Shown: in pieces, positions 1-14,012 of the stretch
Layout: every line of letters begins with the position of its first letter
How positions within the stretch are numbered: the stretch's first letter is position 1
From: Octopus vulgaris
Lineage: Eukaryota
Direction of reading: 5' to 3'
Assembly (NCBI GenBank): GCA_951406725.2
Contig: OX597814.1
Location: 112,778,001-112,842,000, forward strand
DNA length: 64,000 bases
The notes under the pieces: model-generated
What the model saw: only the letters and a program-made list of their open reading frames with translations
Database searches by the model: none
What the model was told of the DNA's origin: nothing
Translations under genes and position numbers: made by a program

Positions 1-409
1 TTTGCTGCTATTTCAAGTAGTTCAAGCAACCACACCACGTACGGGGTTCGCTCTTTGTTTTTGTCGTTGCTTAGTCCCAGGTCATTCCAGACTGAATAAA
101 CTTAAATTCTAATTCCAACCATTCTAACCGTGACAATGCTGTAAATTTCTTTCGGGCAGTGTCTATACGACAAACCCACCACCACTACCACCACCTTCTT
201 ATGTATCGTTTGTTCTTTAAAAGAGAGAGGTGTGATTTGAGGAAAATTTTTCTCTTATTTCTAGCATGTCGAGCGAATATGACGAGGCACAAAAGAGCGG
301 GGCCCTTATCGTCTCGTTTGTACGTCTTTAGTTTCAGTTGGGGGGTGGGTCACAGCGAGAAGAGGAACCGGACACAACCAGAGCACGATCGTCACATCGT
401 ACTCTGGTT

Positions 410-1004
410 GTCGAGCTGGCAGAAACGTTAGCACGCCGGGCGAAATGCTTAGCAGTATTTCGTCTGCCGCTACGTTCTGAGTTCAAATTCCGCTGAGGTC
501 GACTTTGCCTTTCATCCTTTCGGAGTCGATTAAATAAGTACCAGTTACGCACTGGGGTCGATGTAATCGACTTAATCCCTTTGTCTGTCCTTGTTTGTCC
601 GCTCTGTGTTTAGCCCCTTGTGGGTAGTAAAGAAATATGTATTTCGTCTGCCGCTACGTTCTGAGTTCAAATTCCGCCAAGGTGAACTTTGCCTTTCATC
701 CCTTCGGAATCGATTAAATAAGTACCAGTTGTGCACTGGGGTCGATGTAATCGACTTAATCCCTTTGTCTGTTCTTGTTTGTCCGCTCTGTGTTTAGCTC
801 CTTGTGGGTAGTAGAGAAATATGTATTTCGTCTGCCGCTACGTTCTAAGTTCAAATTCCGCCGAGGTCGACTTTGCCTTTCATCCTTTCGGGGTCGATCA
901 AATAAGTACCAGTTACGCACTGGGGTCGATATAATCGACTTAATCCGTTTGTCTGTCCTTGTTTATCTCCCCTGTGTGTAGCCCCTTGTGGGCAGTAAAG
1001 AAAT
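410..1004 (+). mobile_element. tRNA-derived SINE family A, head-to-tail trimer (184-bp period)
   Basis: A-box-like AGCTGGCAGAA and B-box GAGTTCAAATTCC. Body GCCTTTCATCCTTTCGGGGTCGATAAA..AGTACCAG resembles the Meta/Sauria-SINE domain. Unit restarts at about 456, 640 and 824. Confidence 0.9.
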
Positions 1005-1446
1005 ATGGGCACGATCGTCATATAGCCTGCACTGTACATGTCCTTAAAACGTACGAACAGTTTCCAATACGCACATGTGGTAAACTTTAAACGGAATCTT
1101 TCCAAAACTAATTCGGTGGCCATCATTTTGTTTGTTTTCTTTCTTTTCCTCTCCTCCTCCTTCCCATTCTCCTCCACCTCCTACTGCTTCATCTCTGTTT
1201 ACATTCTTTTGCTTTGACCGCCATGTTTGTTACCTTCGTTTCTTCTTCCCTTGAATCAACATTATCATAAGCGAACCGTTAATATCAAACGTTTGCCTTT
1301 TGTGCCTGAGATCTAAGAATCTAAGAAGTTAACCTGTCTTAAAAGAAGATTATGTGTGTATGATGTGTGTGTATATGAATGTTTGTGCATATAGCTATAC
1401 GCGTATATATGTGTAAGCACATTATATACATATGTATATTTATATG

Positions 1447-1515
<69 letters not shown>

Positions 1516-1668
1516 GTATATGTACATATGTATATATATATACTCATATACATATATTGACAGAGAAGGAGAGGGTGAGTGAAAGAGACAGAGAGAAAGA
1601 AAACAAGAGTGTTAATAGATATATGCGCATATCTGTGCATATATGCAAATAAACGGATATATATAGAC

Positions 1669-1826
<158 letters not shown>

Positions 1827-1893
1827 TGTATGTATGTATGTATGTATGTATATATGCATGTAGATGTATGTAGACGTATGTATATTTGAATGC

Positions 1894-1931
<38 letters not shown>

Positions 1932-2104
1932 GCATACATATACAGACAAATAGATAAACATAATAGACACACTAACATCTAATTGTTTTGAGCGTAAAAT
2001 AAATACAAACCGTCTGTGAAAATGCGTTTGTTGTGGGCGTACATGAATATGTGTTTCTCCTTTATTCTAAATACGCACATGCATTTGTATATATGTGTAT
2101 GCGC

Positions 2105-2137
<33 letters not shown>

Positions 2138-2829
2138 CAAATTGAGATAGCGGTTGTGAGTGCAACCCACCATGGGATAACATATATCCAATATACTGCT
2201 AGTGAAGTACCCAACAAAGTTAATACATAAATGTTAATGATTGCGATGCAATCAATTCATTTACTGTATTATATGGGCAAAGGTAAAATTATTTACCACA
2301 AATTACTAATACAAGATAAGAAAATGGAGAAATACATCTAAATCAAATATCAATTACCAGATAATACTCAATCACATACTTTATTAAACCACCACATAAG
2401 AGACTGTAGGATTAGATATAAAAAGCAGAACAAATCAGTGTACATAAAGGAATGTACATAAAAAAGTGTACATAAAAAAGTAATGTTGTATAATAAGTAG
2501 AATATATATAAAAGAGAATATAAATATAAGTAAATATAAATATAGTTCTATTTAATCCTTATATAAACGCAATTATATTGTAATTATCCTAAGATTATCC
2601 AATAAACTCATTTTCTATCTAATGACTGACCACACGTAAATATCTCCATCTTATAAACTCCATGTGTCATACATCATGAATCAGTTATGGGATCAGCGAC
2701 TTACGCGTAACTCTGATTAGTCTCAGCGCATAATCTTGGGGCTCCAATAAATAGGCTCTTCCTGACTCCTGACTACGTACACACTCTCATACACAAATAC
2801 ATACGAACACACACACGCACACGACACGT

Positions 2830-3160
2830 CATCATCATCATCGTATAACGTCCATTTTCCGTGCTACAACGGGTTGGACGGTTCGACCGGGGTCTGGGAA
2901 AACAGGAGGCTGCACCAGGCTCCAGGGCGATCTGGCAGTTTTTCTACAGCTGGATGCCCTTCCTAACGCCAACCACTCCGTGAGTGTAGTGGGTGCTTTT
3001 TACGCGCCACCGGTACAGGTGCCAGGGGAGGCTGGCAGCGGCCACGATCGGTTGGTGCTTTTTACGTGCCACCGGCACGGAAGCCAGTCAAGGCGGCGCT
3101 GGCATCGGCCACGTTCGGATGGTGCTTTTTACGTGCCACCGGCACAGTTATCACAACTAC
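2830..3160. mobile_element. Dispersed repeat family D (retroposon-like, (CAT)n end, internal subrepeats)
   Basis: CTGGATGCCCTTCCTAACGCCAACCACT and a repeated GGTGCTTTTTACGTGCCACCGGCAC unit; homologous copies at 47465-47780 and 59836-60270. Confidence 0.75.
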
Positions 3161-4267
3161 AATTTCCATTTGATATTTATATAATTATATATAGATATAT
3201 ATACATATATAGACACGAACACGCACACACACACACAAATATATATATATATATATACATACATATATATAGACACACGTACATGCATATATATATATAC
3301 ATGCATATATATATAGAGAGAGAGAGACATGCACACACACATACACACATATACACACACACACACTATACTCGCACAGATACATATATATTCCACAATA
3401 ACATACTTCAGGGTACCTCTCAGCATGACTGTGTGTTTGTGCCTGTAAGCAGAGTCGGGTTTTTCAGAAGTTCTTTGTACTGCCATATGCTCCCAGGTTC
3501 AATACCACAATACCGCTGCAAGGCAATCGGGGACCATTGTACTTTACAATATCTCCAGGTTGTTCCAAAACATTGTCAATGAAATAGAGCAGACGGAATT
3601 GTTTGGAATTATTCTTTAAAGAGATTAAGGAATAATAAAGCCATAAATCTGGTATAGATACACGCGATGAGTGATCTTCTACTCTAGCTTGTTCCGTTAA
3701 AAAGCAGGGATCAACGAAATAAGTGTCGCATAAACAGAAGACCCGAACAGCACAATGGCATCCATTGTGATGGCGGCCATTTGTGTTAGGAAGTGTTGAC
3801 ATAAACACCTTACTATAAGATCGCTGAAGTCGGCAGACTTTTCACTTCTCACATGAGATGTTATGTGTGTGGTAGGGAGGGAAGTCAAAGGTTAGTATAC
3901 AGTCTAAACTCAATAATGACAGAGGGTAGATTTATATATAATACCATATCTATATTTACTCGGCGTTTGTTTACTGTCTGTTGTAATAAGTCTTATAGCC
4001 TGAAGAATGAATTGTCACGTGCCTATTATGGACTGTGAGTGGATAGCTATACATACATAAACACATACATACACATACTATGTATGTACATATGTATATG
4101 TGTATGATGCAAATGTTTGTATACGTGTGTGTGTGTATGTGTGTGTATACACATGTGTATGAATGTATATGTGTTATTACGTTTATAAGCACATAGATGT
4201 ACATATATCCGCATATGGTGTATACACACACATATATACATACTTATATGTATCTATAAACATGTCC

Positions 4268-4320
<53 letters not shown>

Positions 4321-4407
4321 CATATGTAAGTATAAGCATACCTATTTATATATACATATATATATATATACATATATACATATATGTATCTATAAGCATA
4401 TTCATTT

Positions 4408-4502
<95 letters not shown>

Positions 4503-4512
4503 TATAGATATA

Positions 4513-4555
<43 letters not shown>

Positions 4556-4577
4556 ATATATATATATATATGCATAT

Positions 4578-4630
<53 letters not shown>

Positions 4631-4828
4631 TACATATACATACACAAACACAAAACCTACAAACATACATATAGTTGTTTATTAAACTTCGAAGTCACTG
4701 TCAACATTTTTCTTAAAATGTTTAATAGACATGTATCCTGCTAAGCGTATTGAGAATTCATCAGGACAATGTTAAATTGATTTGATATTTATCTAGACCT
4801 AAAAAGAAGCATATATACATATATATAC

Positions 4829-4878
<50 letters not shown>

Positions 4879-4992
4879 GCATGTATATATATATACGCAT
4901 ATACATATATATATACACACACATGTATATATATACATACATATATATAATATATATACATATATATATGCATGTATATATATATATATATA

Positions 4993-5438
4993 AGTATTAA
5001 GGGTGAAAAGTTGAATATTAATTTGGTTAATATCAATTTAAAACCAGTGGCCTAGCATATTGAAAAATCTGAAGATTCAGAAAAATTATATTACATTCAT
5101 ATAAGACGGATGACCACTAAGTGGACATCCATTATGCTAGAGGTAGACCCCATATGGTCTGACCACTAAGAAAAGATTGGTCTCAAGAGAATTCAGCAAA
5201 CGCCATAACGTAAACGAGCAAGACAAATGAAAAGATACAAAATATAAAGATTAGTCACATACCCGGTTTCATTGTTACCACTTACGTAATACATACGTAA
5301 ATGTCCGCAGTTCATCAGTGTGATCGGCATAGCAAAATATAATTTGCAGAACTATACACAATTCTCTGCAGGGAATTATTTTAGTGGTCTACCTCTAGCA
5401 TAATGAATCTCCGCTTAGTGGTCATCCCTCTTATATGT
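4993..5438 (-). mobile_element. Fold-back Penelope-like non-autonomous element with hammerhead
   Basis: Inverted arms of about 52 bp (5098-5149 and 5386-5438), unique tail 4993-5097 related to 13820-13910 and 27086-27210, flanked by (TA)n. Confidence 0.7.
5255..5323 (-). ncRNA. Type I hammerhead ribozyme motif
   Basis: Minus strand: UCACA-CUGAUGA-[stem II with UUACGUA/UACGUAA hairpin]-GAAA-CCGG-GUA-UGUGA. Stem I UCACA/UGUGA; base of stem II imperfect. Confidence 0.65.
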
Positions 5439-5439
5439 A

Positions 5440-5496
<57 letters not shown>

Positions 5497-5499
<3 letters not shown>

Positions 5500-6770
5500 C
5501 AAGTTTGAAGATTGCCACACAAGAATTGAAGAGATTCTCATGAATCTAGAAAACCACGTGAGCGTATTTCTTATGGGGGATTTGAACTTCCCCAATATCA
5601 AATGGCCCGAAGGCTTCATGCTCTCAGGAATGACTCATTGAAAAAACAAGCACAGGTGGAGTCCCTGCTCAACCTCACCAATGCCCTATTCATGGAGCAG
5701 GTTGTGCTCAGACCAACTAGGACGAATAACATTTTGAATCTCTGCTTCACGAACAATATGGACATCATTCATGATGTAAAAGTGACGCCGACATTAATTT
5801 CGGATCACAACATAATAGATCTGTCTATGTATGGACCAAAAGTAGCAAGAGATATACAGCCTAAAGGAAGCACCCAAAATCTCTCCAATCTGAATTTCCA
5901 CAAAGCAGACTGGAAATCGATCCAAAAAGAGATCCTCGGACAAGACTGGCCGAAACATATCTCCAAACCAGACGTTAGTATGAAACTTAGAATATTTCAT
6001 GTCTGCTATGCAAACCATATGCCAGAAATATGTTCCAGAGCTCAAGGCCAACACAAAAAGGAACGAGATTCCAAGGGAGAGGAAGATCCTCATGAGATGA
6101 TGGACGAAGGTTGCAAGTCGCTTCAACCAACACTCCAAAAGTAGTGAAAGTTCCCGCCTAAAAACAACACTGACGGAGATTGAAAAAAGCCTACAACAAT
6201 CCTATGTGAGGGAGAGAGCAGACAAAGAAGCCTGGGTTATAAAAAACATTAAGTCAAACCCAAAGGCCTTCTTTCATTATGCGAAAGAAACAGCTTCAGT
6301 ACACAGCAAAATAGGACCCCTCTTTCAGAAGGATGGCTCTCTTCAATTCGGTTCAGTGAGGTACTGAATGACCAGTTCAAAAGTGTCTTTACCACCCCGT
6401 TGGAACACAGACAAGTGAACGAACCAGTAGACTTCTTTGCCGCCTCACCTATAACCAGCGAGGTAGTTACGATGGAATACATCGACATTAGCGAAGAGGA
6501 TATACTACTAGCCATAGATGAGGTGGACGCAAACTCACCTGCTGGTCCTCCTCAATTCGTGTAAGCGTGCCCTGGCGAAACCACTACAGATTCTCTTCCA
6601 GGGCTTCCTTGCAAATGGCAGGCGGCCAAGAAAACTGAAGGAGGGAATAATATGCCCAATCCATTAAGGAGGAAGCAGAGCATATACCAAAAACTATAGG
6701 CCTATCTCTCTAACTTCACACATCGGCAAAGCCATGCGAAAGATAGTCAGATGGAAACTAACCGCATTCA
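5497..6770 (+). mobile_element. CR1/L2-group LINE ORF2 fragment (APE endonuclease to start of RT), disrupted
   Basis: Motifs FLMGDLNFPNIKW, PTRTNNILNLCFTN, LISDHNII, NPKAFFHYAK and NYRPISLTSHIGK, across frameshifts and stops. Confidence 0.9.
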
Positions 6771-6771
6771 G

Positions 6772-6925
6772 ACTGACACAGAATGCGACAAGGCTGGCCC
6801 TTTGAAATACAGGTACAACTCATTTTTGCCAGCTAAGTGGACTGAAGCAACATGAAATAAAGTGTCTTTCTGAAAGATACAACGCGCCGCCAGAAATCGA
6901 ACTGATGACTTTATCATGAGCTTGT
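6772..6925 (-). mobile_element. tRNA-derived SINE family C fragment truncating the LINE
   Basis: Reverse complement matches 30689-30993 and the 3' part of 34800-35177 (GTACCTGTATTTCAAAGGGCCAGCCTTGTC). Confidence 0.75.
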
Positions 6926-7039
6926 CGTGCGGATAACTAAAAACGCAGAGGCTTCAACCCCTGCTGACTCCTTGAATAGATTCATAACTGAACTTGAGGA
7001 TGCGATTTCGACAATTTTACATCCTTTCAAATATAATCC

Positions 7040-7572
7040 TTTCTATTATAGGCACAGGACCTGAAGTTTTTAGGGAAAGGATTAAGTCGATTACATTGAC
7101 CCCAGAATTTCACTAGTATTTAATTTAATGACCCCCAAGGCAAAGTCGACCTCGGCGGAATTTGAACTCTGAGCGTAACGGCAGACGAAATACCGCTGAG
7201 AATTTCAACCGGCGTGTTAACGATTCTTTTCTACTCAAGGCACAAGGACCGAAATTTTAGGGGAAGGAGATAAGTCGGTTACATCGACCCCAGTACGCAA
7301 CTGGTACTTAATTTATCGACCCCGAAAGGATGAAAGGCAAAGTCGACTTCGGCGGAATTTGAACTCAGAACGTAACGGCAGACGAAATACCGCAAAGCAT
7401 TTCGCCCGGCGTGCTAACGTTTCTTTATTGCCCACAAGGGGCTAAACGTAGAGAGGACAAACAAGGACAGACAAAGGGATCAAGTCGATTACATCGATCC
7501 CAGTACGTAACTGGTACTTATTTAATCGACCCCGAAAGGTTGAAAGGCAAAGTCGACCTTGGCGGAATTTGA
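7040..7572 (-). mobile_element. SINE family A multimer
   Basis: Three tandem reverse-complement units of family A. Confidence 0.85.
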
Positions 7573-7734
7573 TACAATTAATTATTAAGGAGGAAAAGTT
7601 ACAAAATTTATTTCTGTTCTTTGTCTTCGAAGTTATAATACTGTACCAAGGACTTTCTGTTTTTAATTCTACTGTGTGTGTGTGTACTACCAGTTTAAAC
7701 TACGTTCTGAGTAACCGCTAAGCTATGATTCTAT

Positions 7735-8238
7735 GAGTCGTTAGCGCGTCGGACAAAATGCTCAGCGGCACTTCCTCTGGTTATTTACGTTCTAAGCTCA
7801 AGTCCCACCGAGGTCAACTTAGTCTGACATCCTCTCGGAGTCAATAAAATGAAGTACCAGTTGAGCACTGGGGTCGATGTAACTGGCTTACCCCTTCCCC
7901 GAAGTTGATGGCCCTGTGCCAAAATTTATCATTATTAAGGCAGCGAGCTGGCAGAATCGTTAGCACGCCGGGTGAAGTGCTTTGTGGTATTTCGTCCGCC
8001 GCTGCGTTCTGAGTTCAAATTCCGCCGAGGTCGACTTTACCTTTCATCCTTTCGGGGTCGATTAAATAAGGACCATATTTCGCCCGTCGCTACGTTCTGA
8101 GTTCAAATTCCGCCGAGGCCGACTTTGCCTTTCATCCTTTCGGGGCTCGATAAAATAAGTACCAGTTACACACTGGGGTCGATGTAATCGACTCAACCCT
8201 TCCTCCAAAATTGCTGTCCTTGTGGAAAAATTTGAAAC

Positions 8239-8240
<2 letters not shown>
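7735..8240 (+). mobile_element. SINE family A cluster
   Basis: One diverged copy, then a copy with internal partial duplication ending in (TTA)n(CAT)n. Confidence 0.8.
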
Positions 8241-8328
<88 letters not shown>

Positions 8329-8349
8329 TATCATCATCATCATTATTAT

Positions 8350-8538
8350 TTAAGACGTCGCACAGTATCCAATATCATGATGTTGATTGAAGATATTGTT
8401 TCTACCAGAGGTTTATACTATCTGTCAAGTCACAGCAAGGACCTCAGACAGAGAGTACTTTACGCAATATGCGTGCGTTTCCAAGTAATGCCGATTTTTG
8501 CATGACACCTAGATTGTGGGCTATTTCTAAAGTCTCCG
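8350..8538 (-). mobile_element. R4/Dong-like non-LTR retrotransposon 3' end
   Basis: Minus strand reads ETLEIAHNLGVMQKSALLGNARILRKVLSV*, typical of the C-terminus of RLE-type R4/Dong proteins; 3' UTR abuts TAA repeats. Confidence 0.7.
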
Positions 8539-8730
8539 CGGCGAGCTGGCAGGATCGTTAGCACGAAATACCAAACAACATTGTGTCTATCTTCACGTTC
8601 CGAGTTAAAATTCTACCAAGGTTAGCTTTACTTTTCATCCATTAAATAAATACCAGTCAGGCCCTAGGGTCAATGTAATCGACTGGCTCCTTTCCAACAA
8701 AATGTCTGGCCTTGTGCCTGCAATAACAAA
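8538..8730 (+). mobile_element. SINE family A, diverged
   Basis: GCGGCGAGCTGGCAGGATCGTTAGCACG head and degenerate body. Confidence 0.7.
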
Positions 8731-9021
8731 CGATTATTATTGTTCACGTTGTTGCTGTTATTTTTGAAATATTCCGTCTTCTTCTTCAGTAATTAATTCA
8801 AATCAATTAATTGAAAGTAATTAGCTGAAATTATGACTTCGTGTTTATTGTTTTCATGGCATAAGTAGAGATTTGGTTTTAGTTTGTGAAGTATCTCTCA
8901 GGAGTTTACAGACGTAATGTGTCACACATACACACACTTAGGTACTACCATACGCTTACACATACACACTCACACACACGCACGCACATGCACACACACA
9001 CACACACTCATATATACACAG

Positions 9022-9254
9022 AAGGCGGTGAGCTGGCAGAAACGTTAGGACGCCGGGCGAAATGCGTAGCCGTATTTCGTCTGCCGTTACGTTCTGGGTT
9101 CAAATTCCGCCGAGGTCGACTTTGCCTTTCATCCTTTCGGGGTCGATAAATTAAGTACCAGTTACGCACTGGGGTCGATGTAATCGACTTAATCCGTTTG
9201 TCTGTCCTTATTTGCCCCCTCTGTGTTCAGCCCCTTGTTGGTAGTAAAGAAATA
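9022..9254 (+). mobile_element. SINE family A, full-length copy
   Basis: Complete head (GGCGGTGAGCTGGCAGAAACG) through tail (GTAGTAAAGAAATA). Confidence 0.9.
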
Positions 9255-9539
9255 CATATATACACAGATACAGAAAAACACTCATATATATTCAGACACA
9301 CATACATGCACAAACACAGATAAGTGTGCGCGTGTGTGTGTGAGTGTGTGTGTGTATATACATGCATATACCTACTTATATGTGTGTGTGTGTATACGTA
9401 TCCATGTACATGTATATATCTACACACATGCACATATATACACGCGCATACACTCACATATTCTCATATGCAATCACACTCATATATTCGAGCGCGCTCA
9501 CACACATACGAATATTCACATACGCAGAGACATGCACAC

Positions 9540-10420
9540 AGACACATGCGAACGCACAATCAAACATATACACACGCACATACAAACGCAGTCTCCAACG
9601 CATACACATAAACACACACGCACACACTGACGCAGTCACCAGCGCATACACATAGACCATATGCACGCACATAGGCACACACGCACACATAGACGCAGTC
9701 ACCAACGCGTACACACAGACACTCACGCACACACTGACGCAGTCTCCAACGCATACACATAGACACACACACACACGCACAGACTCAGTCACTAGCACAT
9801 ACACGAAGACACACACGCACACACAGACGCACTCAACAATGCATACATATAGACACACACGCACACGCAGAGACGTAGTCACCAACGCATACATATAGAC
9901 ACACACACGCAGTCACCAACACATACATATAGACACACACAGACGCAGTCACCAACGCATACATATAGACACACACACACACACACACGCAGTCACCAAC
10001 ACATACATATAGACACACACGCACACACAGACGCAGTCACCAACGCATACATATAGACACACACACGCAGTCACCAACACATACATATAGACACACACAG
10101 ACACACACAGACGCAGTCACCAACGCATACATATAGACACACACACACACACACACACACGCAGTCACCAACACATACATATAGACACACACGCACACAC
10201 AGACGCAGTCACCAACGCATACATATAGACACACACACGCAGTCACCAACACATACATATAGACACACACGCACACACAGACGCAGTCACCAGTGCATAC
10301 ACGTAGACACACACAAGCACACACAGACGCAGTCACCAGTGCATACACGTAGACACACACACACGCACACACAGACGCAGTCACTAACGCATACACACAG
10401 ACACACACGCACACAGACTC
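9540..10420. repeat. CA-rich minisatellite, ~34-44 bp unit
   Basis: About 20 copies of ACGCAGTCACCAACRCATACATATAGAC(AC)n with a variable AC spacer. Confidence 0.9.
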
Positions 10421-10554
10421 AAAATGACAGCCACAACACCCACATTAAATCTACACAGTTTGAAATATCAATCTACCTTTATAGAGCAGCACAGAGGTTT
10501 CTACAAAGACGCACCACGAAGCACCAAGTTGTTTAACAAACCTTGTTTGGATTG

Positions 10555-10585
<31 letters not shown>

Positions 10586-10878
10586 CGTCATCTTGTTTAA
10601 TTGGAAAACAGCATGGACATAGCAAATATAAGGACATAGAAATCTGCAGTGTTTTGCGGTGTGAGACCACTAGATAGCATGCTTCGAGCATGGCATGCAG
10701 GCGGAAATGAAGTCGTGCCTTCAGTGTTTGCCAGTCTCGTCGTTTTATTTCATTACACATCTGCCAGTCACGACGGAGGAAACTTGTAGTGGTGTTTACA
10801 GCCGCCGAACTTAGGAAATCAAAGAGACCAAAGATTCTTGACCAAAGATTAAACCTACAGCATGTGTGTAAATGTGTC

Positions 10879-10921
<43 letters not shown>

Positions 10922-10941
10922 CTCAGAAATACACACATATA

Positions 10942-11009
<68 letters not shown>

Positions 11010-11209
11010 TGCACATAAACATATATAAATATATAAGTGTATATTTATATGTACATACATCTATATGTATATATACATGTGCGTATATATATATATATGA
11101 ATCCATACATATATATATATATATATATATATAAATATACACACACACATATACGTATATGTATGCGTCTATGTGTGTGTATTTATATGTGCATGTATAT
11201 ATATACATG

Positions 11210-11276
<67 letters not shown>

Positions 11277-11749
11277 ATATATGTATGTATATATATATAT
11301 ATGCATATGTATGTATGTGTGTGTATGTTTGTGTTTGTCGTGTGCGTGTGTGTATTCTTTTACAGGAACACGGAGCACCAGGAACCAATAGGCGTGTGTT
11401 AATTATAAAACCTATTTAATTGACGAAATATCAGTTTAGTCCTCGTCTTTTTAACCGCACATTATTTTACAAGGCATGAAGCGACTCTGTATCGTGCAAA
11501 TATCATCAAGTTTATCGTGAACTTTCTTCGTGTTTTAAAAGCAACTGATGTCATGCCGCAACGAACTAAACAAAACTTTAGTAATTCTTATAAACGCTAT
11601 TGTTGAAAGGAGAAGTCGTCTCTACAAGAAAACGATAACATTTACTCAGTCAAAATATTAGAATACTTAAGGTTAGAATATATTTTAAATTGTACTTTGC
11701 CTGCTTCAAAATAACAGAGCGTGCTTTAAGACAAAACTTTCGCTGTTAA

Positions 11750-12136
11750 TCTCTCTATATATAAAGTTGAAGTTGTCTGTGTGTGGCTTGGTAGCCTTCA
11801 ACTAACACTATCTCCTCCGAGACCCTGCAGCGCAAGTTGACCAAAAATAAGAGTATGACAGAAGAAGGTTTGCTCTTCATTTCGTAGAAGATAAAATTCA
11901 AATCGCACCATGTTAAGACCAAAAATTATTTACATCAAAAAGGTGCTTTTTTTCTATGAAAATCCCTATTTTTACGGTTTTTTGACTGCTGTGTCGCCAT
12001 TTTTCGGTGTATTTCAACCAGAAAAATGTTCACTTAAAGAGAATAACAAGCTACATAATGCAAAATTTTTATTTTTCAAAAATTCCAATTCTAAAGGGTC
12101 GAAACAGACCCGAGCAACGCCGGGCGATACTGCTAG
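11750..12136 (+). mobile_element. Non-autonomous Helitron
   Basis: 5' TC(TCTCTATATATAAAG), 3' hairpin CCCGAGCAACGCCGGG followed by CTAG, inserted between A and T; same 3' end as 38529-38920. Confidence 0.8.
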
Positions 12137-12614
12137 TTCTTGTATATTGTAGTCATGTGTGGAAATATCTCATCTTCGAAGAATAAGAAAATCCCAGTGT
12201 CACCTCCTCGATTTCTACTAATTATAAGCTGAACGAAATTAGTTAGGATTTTTCTTACCCTCTTCCCGTCCCTTTTTTTCTATTTCGATGAAGGCTATTG
12301 TGCGAAACGTCATATTGCCTTCATTTACTACCATCTACAGAGTAATTACATTGACTTTGTGCTCTGGATTATTGTTTTATGACTTTGGCCCTGTTTTTCC
12401 TATTGACTTACCTAGATATTAGTTAATTTACATTTTGGATAACCACATCATTCTGTTTTTCACGAGAATTAGCTTTATTTCTTGTTTAGCTTACGTTAGA
12501 TAATTAAAAACTGAATTCTTCATAAAACAGATTATCCTATATAAGCTGAGATAATTATAAAACTTTGAGTAGCTAATCAGAGAAAATCGGGATTAGTTTA
12601 CTATGAAAGTTGTA

Positions 12615-12800
12615 TTGTGTCTGTGGAGAGTCATTTTCTATTTGTGCCTTATAATTTTACACACTTTCCGGTAAAATTTCCACTTATTTCTTATTTTTAT
12701 TTTCCTAAAATTTTCGTTGCGTTTTGCAATTTTTCAATAGTCTTACTATGATATGTTACATTATAAGGCACAAATAGAAAATAATTCTCCCCAGACACAA
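12615..12800. mobile_element. MITE-like inverted-repeat element
   Basis: About 40-bp inverted arms: TGTGTCTGTGGAGAGTCATTTTCTATTTGTGCCTTATAAT and ATTATAAGGCACAAATAGAAAATAATTCTCCCCAGACACA. Confidence 0.65.
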
Positions 12801-12923
12801 CAGAATATGCTTCAAAACACGAACTCATATAAAGAATCTTGCAAACCAAATCCAAAAACGAAATATTTACTATAAAACTTTTTCTCTAATACGAATTTAG
12901 AACCATTATTAGTATATCGAGTA

Positions 12924-13320
12924 AGGCGGTGAGAAGGCAGAATCGTTAGCACGCCGGGCGAAATGCTTACCGGTATTTCGTCTGCCGCTGCGTTCTGAGT
13001 TCAAATTCCGCCGAGGTCGACTTTGCCTTTCATCCTTTTGGGGTCGATTAAATAAGTACCAGTCACGCACTGGAGTTGATATAACCGACTTAATCCGTTT
13101 GTCTGTTCTTGTTTGTCCTCTCTGTGTTTAGCCCCTTGTGGGTAGTAAAGAAATAGGTATTTTGTCTGTCTTTGCGTTCTGATTTCGAATTCCACCGAAG
13201 TCGACTTTGCTTTTCATCCTTTCGGAGTCGATAAATTAAGTACCATCTGCGAACTGGGGTCGATCTAATTGACTGGCCCCTCCCCCAAAATTTCGGGCCT
13301 TGTGCCAAGAGTAGAAAAGA
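12924..13320 (+). mobile_element. SINE family A dimer
   Basis: Full copy followed by a 5'-truncated unit joined at GAAATA-GG-TATTTT. Confidence 0.85.
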
Positions 13321-13468
13321 AGGCACTCGCCTAAGGTACCACGCTGTGGGGTGAACACGGAACCATGTACTTGGGAAGCAAGCTTCTTACCACAGTCACG
13401 CCTCTTTCATGAATTGTTTTCTTCCGCCCACCAACAGTCCTTGACTTTTATCATAATTCTCTCCACTC

Positions 13469-13499
<31 letters not shown>

Positions 13500-13519
13500 A
13501 TCTCTCTCTCTCTCTCTAC

Positions 13520-13557
<38 letters not shown>

Positions 13558-13740
13558 CTATCTATCACTTTTTCTGTCTATTCATCTCTGTACCAGTCTA
13601 TCTGTGTAGATGTATATGTCGCTGAGTAAGTAGTGGCACACACACACACACACACATGTACACAGACACACATATACACGCACACACACACATACATACA
13701 TACATACATACATACATACATACATGCATGCATATATACA

Positions 13741-13819
<79 letters not shown>

Positions 13820-13946
13820 AAATTTAAAATGAGGGTGAGAAATTTGATATTTAATTAACATCAATTTCACACCATTGGTCTAGCATATAAAAATCTGAAG
13901 GTCTAGCATAATTTAGCGCGCCAAAACGAAGACATTTGAATAGTAA

Positions 13947-14012
<66 letters not shown>

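Noticed and set aside
9540-10420. CRISPR-like repeat/spacer appearance (also 29098-29356)
   Set aside because: Spacers are simple repeats rather than unique sequence, the context is eukaryotic, and there are no cas genes.
12281-12315. Very degenerate hammerhead-like strings (also about 15055, 37497, 47880 and 48890)
   Set aside because: Too many core or stem mismatches to distinguish from chance by eye.
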